Virus record (IMG/VR): IMGVR_UViG_3300027565_000001
Direction: 5' to 3' (one strand)
Length of the DNA stretch: 64,000 nucleotides
Origin: a virus
Below are positions 8,516 through 15,485 of this stretch, in pieces. Both the position numbers and the translations under genes were made by a program. Numbering within the stretch: position 1 is the first letter of the stretch; each line of letters opens with the position of its first letter. The notes under the pieces were generated by a model. It was given only the letters and a program-made list of their open reading frames with translations, ran no database searches and was not told where the DNA came from.

Positions 8516-9994
8516 ATGCATTCGATTTCTGCCAGTTGGATGCGATATACGCTTGCCGGCTTCGGCATAGTGGTATCGCTGCTGGCGCTGGCCGCTTCCA
8601 TGAGCGCCAACGCCAAGTTCGGATATTCGCTTGGGGGCACACCCAGCGACGGCACCATCTACGCCGTGGTCTTTGCTGCCGCCGATGTCGGCATGGCACT
8701 GATGCCGTTCTTTTTCTTCGCCGCGTTGCGGAATCGCGAGTGGCTATTCGGGTTCATCACCCTTGCATTGTGGGTGCTCACGGTCGCCTTCGCCTTCTCC
8801 AATCTCCTCGGACATGCCAGCCTCAACCGGCTCAGCGTCGCCTCGCAGCGCACGGTGTCGGCAACAAACTACGAGGACGTGCGCACAGAACTAGCGGCCG
8901 CACGTCAGGAACGCGGCTTCATTCCGCAGCACCGCGATGAAGCCGTGGTCCGCGCCGAGATCACCAAGTACAAGATCAGCACGATGTGGAATGCCACCAG
9001 TGAATGCACGGAACTGGCCGGTGCTTCCGCACGCAAATACTGCGGCGGTTATGAAGTGCTGAACATAGAACTTGGCAATTCGCAACGCGCCAGCAAGGTG
9101 CAGGCACGCATCGATGCGTTGCAAGCGCGTAGCGATCGCGTTTCCGAGACGGGAGGAGCGAGCGTGCAATCCGAAGCGGATCCTCAGGCTTCCAGGCTGG
9201 CAAAGCTTTCCTTCGGTTATCTCAATGTCGAGCAGGCCCAATCGGTGCTGGTGGTCATGGTGGCGTCCCTGGTAATGGGCTTCGCCGGATTCGGTCCATA
9301 CGTCTCGACCAGCGTGTTGCGGCAGCGCAAGTCGCTGCTAATCGACATCACGCCATCGTCAGATAATCAGTTACCAACTAACTCCAAGTTGCCGCCACAA
9401 GGCGACCTCAAGGCCCTGGTAGACCAGTCGAAACAGGCTTTAGATGGGTCCAAAGGGGTCCAGAACCCGTCGCAACCCCCGCTCCCCTATCACATAATGG
9501 CACGGCTGGCCCGGCCACCCCATCCGGGGGCGGTTCCAGGGCTCAAGAAGATCGATTATCCCTTGGTCAAGCTCAAGGGCGAACTGCGCGAACCGCACGT
9601 CAAGCGCACCGGCTTCAAGGTCGCAGCGCAGAACTTCGCCGCCTGGCTGCAGGCATACGAATTGGCCGGCATCTACGAGCCAGCCCAAGTCGAGGCGCTG
9701 TACAAGATATTCGCCGAGATGGACCATCGCGAGGCCTGCCATACCAACATGCTGATGGGGAGCCTGAATGATCTCGGGCGTCGCTGCGGCGTCTACCGCA
9801 GGAGCATCAACGGCCTGAGGAAGTGGGTGGTGTCGCCCGGACGCTTTCCCACAGTGAAACCGGGCAAAGCCCAGCCAGCACTCGATAATGCGCAAACGAC
9901 AGCCCAGGCGCCGCAGGGCACACATAATCCCCCACCAGACGCAAATGCTGGCAGGGTAGTGCAGTTGCGCAGCAGATTCTGGAGGACCGCATGA
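8516..9994 (+). CDS. multi-pass membrane protein with coiled-coil and soluble C-terminal domain (492 aa)
   Basis: Four hydrophobic helices in the first ~110 aa, a coiled-coil with a Cys pair (SECTELAGASARKYC), a fifth helix VLVVMVASLVMGFAGFGPYV, then a ~220-aa soluble tail. Confidence 0.75.
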   Translation: MHSISASWMRYTLAGFGIVVSLLALAASMSANAKFGYSLGGTPSDGTIYAVVFAAADVGMALMPFFFFAALRNREWLFGFITLALWVLTVAFAFSNLLGHASLNRLSVASQRTVSATNYEDVRTELAAARQERGFIPQHRDEAVVRAEITKYKISTMWNATSECTELAGASARKYCGGYEVLNIELGNSQRASKVQARIDALQARSDRVSETGGASVQSEADPQASRLAKLSFGYLNVEQAQSVLVVMVASLVMGFAGFGPYVSTSVLRQRKSLLIDITPSSDNQLPTNSKLPPQGDLKALVDQSKQALDGSKGVQNPSQPPLPYHIMARLARPPHPGAVPGLKKIDYPLVKLKGELREPHVKRTGFKVAAQNFAAWLQAYELAGIYEPAQVEALYKIFAEMDHREACHTNMLMGSLNDLGRRCGVYRRSINGLRKWVVSPGRFPTVKPGKAQPALDNAQTTAQAPQGTHNPPPDANAGRVVQLRSRFWRTA

Positions 9995-10227
9995 TGAGCA
10001 ACGAAGCCGCGATCAGATTAGCCGAGGCGCTGGAGAAGCTCGCCCTAGCGATCGAAAGAGCGACCCCACCGAGCCTGATGGACAGGCTGCAGGTGCATGG
10101 GCATAATCCTTATCCCTATCCGCAGCCGCCGATATGGAATCCGCCTTGGCCATCGACCACGTGCGGCGCGGACTTGGTCAATACCACGGGCTGCTCCCAC
10201 AGCGGCGCTCCATCACGGATAAGGTAG
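9991..10227 (+). CDS. hypothetical protein (78 aa)
   Basis: ATGA start/stop overlap with the upstream gene, and abuts the next gene. Confidence 0.55.
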   Translation: MMSNEAAIRLAEALEKLALAIERATPPSLMDRLQVHGHNPYPYPQPPIWNPPWPSTTCGADLVNTTGCSHSGAPSRIR

Positions 10228-11358
10228 ATGCCCGACGACGCCCGCGACCTGTTGGAGCGAACCTACGGCCCCGGCAGCCAGTCCACAGAAGATGTGCTGG
10301 CTAATATGCCAGCACCGTCATTGTGGGAAAGGGCAAAAGCATATGCCGCCCCGGCCATGGGTATGTGGCATAATTCCGAGGATGCCCTAGCGCGCGCCAA
10401 CGATCAGTTCAATCAGCGCGCGGCCGGCGATCTGCAACGGATCGGCGTCACATCAGACCCGGATACAGTTGGAATGCTGACCACCCTGATCGGCGGCGTC
10501 CGTTCGCCAAGTTCGCCAGTCCGCATTCCCAACCCGATCAAAGCCTATCATGTCTCCCCGCATGATTACGATGTCCCAAGTCTTGAGCACGTTGGATCCG
10601 GTCAGGGCGCGCAATCATACGGGCATGGTCTTTACGCTGCCGAGAGCGCGGGCGCTAGAGATCAATATTTCGAGGACTTTAAAGCACAATCTAACGACCT
10701 CTATGGCAGAGATCCTATCCGCTACGATTGGAACATCCACGCCACACCAGAGCAGTTCTTGGATTGGGATAGGCCGGTGCCGAGCAACGTCAACGCCCGT
10801 GTCCGTCAAATATACAAAGATGCGGCAAAAGATACCGGCTTTGCTACTAAATTGTTGCCAGGATCATTGACCGGCGAGGAGGTTCTTCATCATCTGGATA
10901 ACGCCTTTCAATGGGGGCGAAGAAACGCAGAAAGTTCCGCAACTGATGCGCTGCGTGATATAGGCATCCCCGGCATCCGCTACCTAGACCAGAAATCGCG
11001 CGAGGGATTTTCTACCGCCCGCATCGACGGAAAGCCCGTCGCCGCCAACGACATGATTGGCTCCAATGCCATCGGTGCTCTGAAGGACGCTGGCGGTTCG
11101 CCACGGGACGCCATAGCTCAGCTTGAAACCGCAGCGAAGAATACGCGGTATCCCGATGAACGCGAGCAATGGACGCGGGCGGCACAGCTCATCAAGGATG
11201 GGCGCATTGTCTTCGATGAGAAGGCGGCTACCTCCAACTACGTCGTCTGGTCCCCGGAGATCATCGAGATACTGAAGAAGTACGGCATCGCCGGTCCGGT
11301 TGCGGCTTCAATACTCCACCAAGCCTACGGCGACAAGTCGGAAGGGACGCCGCCATGA
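10228..11358 (+). CDS. ADP-ribosyltransferase-like protein (PARP/ART-PolyVal-like core), 376 aa
   Basis: [23 protein letters not shown] (compare PARP GKGIYFADMVSKSANY), [12 protein letters not shown] and [17 protein letters not shown] blocks. Paralogue of 32268..33161. The family call is an inference. Confidence 0.7.
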   Translation: MPDDARDLLERTYGPGSQSTEDVLANMPAPSLWERAKAYAAPAMGMWHNSEDALARANDQFNQRAAGDLQRIGVTSDPDTVGMLTTLIGGVRSPSSPVRIPNPIKAYHVSPHDYDVPSLEHVGSGQGAQSYGHGLYAAESAGARDQYFEDFKAQSNDLYGRDPIRYDWNIHATPEQFLDWDRPVPSNVNARVRQIYKDAAKDTGFATKLLPGSLTGEEVLHHLDNAFQWGRRNAESSATDALRDIGIPGIRYLDQKSREGFSTARIDGKPVAANDMIGSNAIGALKDAGGSPRDAIAQLETAAKNTRYPDEREQWTRAAQLIKDGRIVFDEKAATSNYVVWSPEIIEILKKYGIAGPVAASILHQAYGDKSEGTPP

Positions 11359-11807
11359 TCCGCTCCTCGCAGTATCGCTCCTTCAAGTACGGTTCCCGCG
11401 GACATAATAGGGACTTGGGTGCCGCCGCGACTTCGCGCGGCGCGGCGGTAATCACCGAGAGCGTGGTCACTGCGGATCGGCAGCGTGAGTGCCTCGATTA
11501 CATCAGGGGGCGCATAGCGGAAACCGCCGTTGCGCCCAGCTACGAGGAAATCAGGATCGCACTCAGGCTGCACTCCAAGTCCGGGGTGCACCGCCTCATC
11601 ATGGCACTGGAGAGGCGGGGGGAGATCAGGAGACTGGGGCATAGGGCAAGGGCGATAGAGGTCGTCAATCCACAGGCAAGAGAGCAGGTTTCCCCAGCAA
11701 AAGCCCCGGTCGCGAAGCCATTGCTGGACATTACGGGGGCGGCATTCTACGTCGTAGAGAAATCTCCAGGCGAGGATGCTAGGCTCGTGCCGATGGAGGC
11801 GAAATGA
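11355..11807 (+). CDS. LexA N-terminal DNA-binding-domain protein lacking the S24 peptidase domain
   Basis: [63 protein letters not shown] closely follows the alphaproteobacterial LexA winged-helix domain. No Ala-Gly/Ser/Lys cleavage module follows. Hairpin copy K lies in codons 22-32, so the true start may be the GTG at 11463. Confidence 0.75.
   Translation: MIRSSQYRSFKYGSRGHNRDLGAAATSRGAAVITESVVTADRQRECLDYIRGRIAETAVAPSYEEIRIALRLHSKSGVHRLIMALERRGEIRRLGHRARAIEVVNPQAREQVSPAKAPVAKPLLDITGAAFYVVEKSPGEDARLVPMEAK
11419..11448 (-). repeat. GC-hairpin repeat, copy K
   Basis: gtgccgccgc-gacttcgc-gcggcgcggcgg, 14 nt upstream of the GTG at 11463. Confidence 0.75.
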
Positions 11808-12007
11808 ACGATCTCGATACCGGCGTGGACGCCATTACATCGGCCAAGCCGACCCACGAATGTCCGCGCCACGGCCCGCACACCGCCAGCATGCACGTCG
11901 AGATCAAGGACGTACTCAAGCGCGTCTACTGCATGAAATGCATGGTAGAAGTTCTGGACAAGCTGGGGATTAAGGAGATGGAGCCAATCGCAAAGGGGAA
12001 GGCATGA
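11804..12007 (+). CDS. small Cys-containing protein (67 aa)
   Basis: ATGA overlap with the upstream gene. HECPRHGPH...YCMKCM suggests a zinc-binding fold. Confidence 0.6.
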   Translation: MNDLDTGVDAITSAKPTHECPRHGPHTASMHVEIKDVLKRVYCMKCMVEVLDKLGIKEMEPIAKGKA

Positions 12008-12186
12008 CCACGAAGGCCGCAAAGATCCTCGCCCTCTACGAGGAGGGACTATCCTCCCCTCAGATCGCCGAGCGCCTCGGCTGTCATCAAGGTTATGTCA
12101 GAGCCGTCAAGGTGCGTGCGCTGGACCCGCGCGATAACGCGCGCAGACTACGCAAACGGCGCCGTGCGGCGGAGGCGAGGGCATGA
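12004..12186 (+). CDS. small HTH protein (60 aa)
   Basis: ILALYEEGLSSPQIAERLGCHQGYVRAV is a sigma70-region-4/LuxR-like helix-turn-helix. Confidence 0.6.
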   Translation: MTTKAAKILALYEEGLSSPQIAERLGCHQGYVRAVKVRALDPRDNARRLRKRRRAAEARA

Positions 12187-12599
12187 CCAAGGCCGAGCGC
12201 ATCCGCGCCCTCTACGCCAAGGGTCGTACGACGAGGGAGATCGCGGTCGAGGTATTCCGAACCAGGCATCCGACAGCGGCCAATCTGGCCTACGTGCGGG
12301 TCAGCGGGCGCCAACGTCTGGACGGCAGCAAGAGCGCCGCCGACAAGCGCTACTATTACGAGAACGGCGGGCGGGAGATGCAGAGCGCATGGGCGGCTCA
12401 TCGCTACGCGACAGATGCCAAATTCCGTGAGAATGCGCTAGCGTATCAGGCAAACCGCTACGCGACGGATGCCAAGTTTCGTGCTAGGACCAAAGCTCGG
12501 GCAAGAGCATGGCAACTCGCCAATCCAGAGCGGGTAGCGGAATCTAGGCGTGCCTATCGACGCAAGAAAGCTCTTGGCAGCGTCGCGAATCACATATAG
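12183..12599 (+). CDS. HTH protein (138 aa), tandem paralogue of the preceding gene
   Basis: IRALYAKGRTTREIAVEV... parallels the previous gene. It contains an internal RYATDAKFR duplication. Confidence 0.65.
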   Translation: MTKAERIRALYAKGRTTREIAVEVFRTRHPTAANLAYVRVSGRQRLDGSKSAADKRYYYENGGREMQSAWAAHRYATDAKFRENALAYQANRYATDAKFRARTKARARAWQLANPERVAESRRAYRRKKALGSVANHI

Positions 12600-12615
12600 G
12601 TTAACAAACAGTGAA

Positions 12616-12646
12616 GGGCTCGGTGTCGCCGCCACCGAGCCCTTTT
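12616..12646 (+). terminator. canonical rho-independent terminator
   Basis: GGGCTCGGTG-tcgccgc-CACCGAGCCC followed by TTTT, 16 nt after the stop at 12599. Confidence 0.75.
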
Positions 12647-12655
12647 GAAGATGCG

Positions 12656-12671
12656 TTAAAGGGCAGTTAAC
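12656..12671 (+). promoter_or_regulatory. CtrA-box-like motif TTAA-N7-TTAAC
   Basis: TTAAagggcagTTAAC read directly. It lies between the terminator and the DUF1376 replication gene, 37 nt upstream of its GTG. Confidence 0.45.
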
Positions 12672-12708
12672 ACAGTGCGTACCCTCAACGGCTAGAGGAG
12701 GGCACGAC

Positions 12709-13434
12709 GTGCCAGCACCACATATAGCGCAAGACGCTAGCGAAATCAAGCCCCGCAAGCGCAAGTGCCATGAGACAGATCCTTGGTACAAGCGTTATGC
12801 ACGGGACTTTTTTGAGGATACACGCGAGCTAACGCCCGAGCAGCGCGGTCTCTACAACGACGCCGTCGATCTCATCTACATGGCCGAAGGCCCTATCGGG
12901 GACGACGACCGTCTCCTAGCCCATAAGATGTGCGTTGACGTGCGCACGTGGCGCCGCGTCCGCAAGACACTTTTGGCGACGGGAAAGCTGTACATAACCC
13001 GCGGTCAACTGTTCAACAAGCGCGCCAAAGAGGTGTTGGATCGGCGGGAGATCGAGAGGAGATCCATGGGTAGATCGGCTGGAGGTCGGCCGGAGGTCGG
13101 CCCCGATCTTTTTGAAAACATCAATGATTCCAATGCCCCCGTGCGAGCTACCTCGACAGATCAAGATCGATCAGATCAGAAGAGTCAGAAGAAAGATCAT
13201 CAAGATCGATCTTTTGAACCTAGGGTCATAGATGGAGGCAAGTCACAACCGGCTCGAACAGTTCGCTTTGTCTCGCAAGACGCACTCGACCAAGTTCGGA
13301 CACTCGCCCCCGGGTGGGATCGCCAAATGCTCCTCAAGAAATTCATGGACTGGCCAAAAAGCAAAGAGGCCATCGATATGGACAAGGCATTTCTGGGGTG
13401 GGTGCCAAAATTCGTGAAAGGAAAGGCAGCTTAA
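12709..13434 (+). CDS. DUF1376 (YdaU-like) phage replication-associated protein
   Basis: PWYKRYARDFFEDTRELTPEQRGLYNDAVDLIYMAEGPI...RLLAHKM...TWRRVRKTL follows the DUF1376 pattern. GTG start with GAGGAGGG upstream. Confidence 0.8.
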   Translation: MPAPHIAQDASEIKPRKRKCHETDPWYKRYARDFFEDTRELTPEQRGLYNDAVDLIYMAEGPIGDDDRLLAHKMCVDVRTWRRVRKTLLATGKLYITRGQLFNKRAKEVLDRREIERRSMGRSAGGRPEVGPDLFENINDSNAPVRATSTDQDRSDQKSQKKDHQDRSFEPRVIDGGKSQPARTVRFVSQDALDQVRTLAPGWDRQMLLKKFMDWPKSKEAIDMDKAFLGWVPKFVKGKAA

Positions 13435-14012
13435 CGAATGGTTCAATCGGCCGCCGCGTAGAGGCGACTGACCGCGAGTAGCCTACAGATGCCGGGTCGG
13501 GTTTCGAGACAGCCCCCGGCGCCGCCCAGCGCAACGAAGGACCAGCGCTAGGCGTGATGAGGATCGAGGGGTTATCGGCACCCACACACAAAAACGAGAC
13601 GCGACGGGGGAACTTCACGGGTAAATCCGGCCTCCGACCCTCCCGAAGGCTTTCAGCGGCCGAGGGAACATCCGCCGCCAAGGCGCCAATGCCTGAAGCG
13701 GGCCGACCGTAGAGACCAAGTAAGTGCAATGCGAGCGGCGCACGACTACCCCCCCCTCCGTGTAGGGCTGGCCACCGTATCGGCCGGGGAGCGAGCGGCA
13801 CTCGTTAAAATGACATGCCGGGTATACGTCGCTGCAACATGCTGATCCTCTGCCTATGGCTGCCGCAGGCCGTAGGTGTGCTGCCTCAGGATGCTTTTCT
13901 CAGTGGAGAAAGCGGGAGGGGAGGAAAGCGGAGGGCGGCGCTATGGTAGGTTCGCTCTGCATCGTGCGCTGCTACGACAGCAGCACTGAGATGAATGAGG
14001 GGGAGAACGGAA

Positions 14013-14258
14013 ATGAGCCGCGAACGCTATATCCCCATCACCGCCCGCCTGGCCCATATCCGATCCAAGGCCTTAGCGCACCTTGAGAGCCTGCAAGGAT
14101 GGGACCTCAGTAAGGACGTGACAGAGAGGGATCTGTTTTATGCAGCGAAACGGCAGTACCGCGATGCGGATCGCGCTTATACGAGGGCGGTATATAGGTT
14201 AACGCCTGAGGAGAGGTATGCGGAGGAACTTAGGAAGAAGGGGGCGCCGAGCACATGA
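14013..14258 (+). CDS. hypothetical protein (81 aa)
   Basis: The ATG (MSRERYIPI...) has GGGGGAG 7 nt upstream. Confidence 0.55.
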   Translation: MSRERYIPITARLAHIRSKALAHLESLQGWDLSKDVTERDLFYAAKRQYRDADRAYTRAVYRLTPEERYAEELRKKGAPST

Positions 14259-14276
14259 GACATTGGGATTATAGGG

Positions 14277-14315
14277 ATGCCGCCGCAGCTTCGCGTAGCT
14301 CGCGCGGCGCGGCGG
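14277..14315 (-). repeat. GC-hairpin repeat, copy L (long loop)
   Basis: atgccgccgc-agcttcgcgtagctcgc-gcggcgcggcgg, 4 nt upstream of the ATG at 14320. Confidence 0.7.
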
Positions 14316-14319
14316 TAAC

Positions 14320-14574
14320 ATGAGCAAGCTTGGCATGACTGGCCACGTCCTCAACATTGAGCACGCGGACTTCCCGGAGGTTGGGGATGTCTGGCACGAC
14401 CATGGTATGCACGTCTGCACCGTGCAGAAGGTGGATGGGGATCAGGTTACTTGTCGCTGGGCTAACAGGGACCGGCCGCGAGTAATGGCTCGCACCCAGT
14501 TCGCGAAGTTCATGCGTTACGACACGATGCCGACCAAGACATGGGCACACGTGACGCCGAGGGACGCAGCATGA
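14320..14574 (+). CDS. hypothetical protein (84 aa)
   Basis: ORF immediately after hairpin copy L. ATGA overlap with the next gene. Confidence 0.6.
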   Translation: MSKLGMTGHVLNIEHADFPEVGDVWHDHGMHVCTVQKVDGDQVTCRWANRDRPRVMARTQFAKFMRYDTMPTKTWAHVTPRDAA

Positions 14575-14897
14575 CAAAGCGAGAGCGCTTACCCAACCGC
14601 CGCGCCGCCGAGAACGTGACTTTCGTCTCGCGCGGGCAGAAGGTCGTGTGCAACATCGGTTATTATCCCGATGGCCGTATCGGCGAGGTGTTTGTCGTGG
14701 ATGCGGGTAAGACCGGCGCGGATCTCAATGTCGCCATGCTGGAGGTAGGCGTTGCCGTGTCTATCGCCTTGCAGCACGGGGCAAGCATCGATTCCATGCG
14801 GGCGTCGTTCCCACGTACCGAGCAAGGGAAGGCGGAAGGGACGATGGGGCAACTGCTGGATCTCCTTGCCGCCCCTAACTTGCGCGCCGTAACATAA
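14571..14897 (+). CDS. small protein resembling the C-terminal module of class II ribonucleotide reductases (108 aa)
   Basis: MTKRERLPNRR...GYYPDGRIGEVFVVDAGKTGADLNVAMLEVGVAVSIALQHG resembles stand-alone RNR-C-terminal/TSCPD-like proteins of alphaproteobacterial phages. The TSCPD Cys motif is absent. Tentative call. Confidence 0.6.
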   Translation: MTKRERLPNRRAAENVTFVSRGQKVVCNIGYYPDGRIGEVFVVDAGKTGADLNVAMLEVGVAVSIALQHGASIDSMRASFPRTEQGKAEGTMGQLLDLLAAPNLRAVT

Positions 14898-14927
14898 TCG
14901 AAGCGACGCACCATCCGCGAGGACGCA

Positions 14928-15485
14928 GTGCACCCAGATAACCTCGATTACGGCCCAGCCCTTTCCTACCTAGTCCTCCTCCTGAGCTGGATAATATTCA
15001 TCTGGTCCTACTGGAAGCAGGAGAAGGAGCTGGCCGTACTGAGGGGCAAGTGGCTGGAGGTGCCAGGGTCCGAGGTAGAAATCACAGAGGAGAACGACAT
15101 GGCCAAATACACCTACGCCGATCTCGCCGATAAACCCTTCGTGCCACCAACGGCCATCGAACCAACGGAGGAGATCGAAAAGGGCCGCCGGATCGTCAAC
15201 GATCTAGCCGCACGCAATCCAGAACTCGCGGCGAAACTCAGGGCGGCCGCGATCAGAACGGTCGCCGCCAAGCGCGGCCCGATCACCAGCACCGACGTGT
15301 GGGTGTATTTGCGTGATAATGATCCGACCACGATGGAGGCAGCCAAGAAGGTTGCCAACGGTCGAATTATGACTTCGGCATTCGACGGCCCCGCGTGGGA
15401 GAAAACGGGGCGGTATCTCCCGCAGGGCTCACACGGTAGGCCAGTTAGTGAATGGCGATACCGGCATGCGCTGGAGGCCGCGTGA
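14928..15485 (+). CDS. membrane-anchored hypothetical protein (185 aa)
   Basis: GTG start with GAGGA upstream. N-terminal hydrophobic helix LSYLVLLLSWIIFIWSYW. Confidence 0.6.
   Translation: MHPDNLDYGPALSYLVLLLSWIIFIWSYWKQEKELAVLRGKWLEVPGSEVEITEENDMAKYTYADLADKPFVPPTAIEPTEEIEKGRRIVNDLAARNPELAAKLRAAAIRTVAAKRGPITSTDVWVYLRDNDPTTMEAAKKVANGRIMTSAFDGPAWEKTGRYLPQGSHGRPVSEWRYRHALEAA

Noticed and set aside
13343-13801. 152-aa minus-strand ORF, and the 76-aa plus ORF (13856..14086), in the large gap after the replication gene.
   Set aside because: Compositions are Pro/Arg/Gly/Ser/Leu-rich with no protein-like pattern, and there is no RBS. The region is treated as non-coding.
13914-13928. GGGAGGGGAGGAAAG resembles the P4 5' strand region (GGAGGGGAGGAAAGUCC) of bacterial RNase P RNA.
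   Set aside because: Only this ~14-nt string matches. The downstream sequence diverges and immediately becomes a coding gene (14013). No ACAGAAxxCGGCUUA-type 3' partner or other RNase P helices are present.
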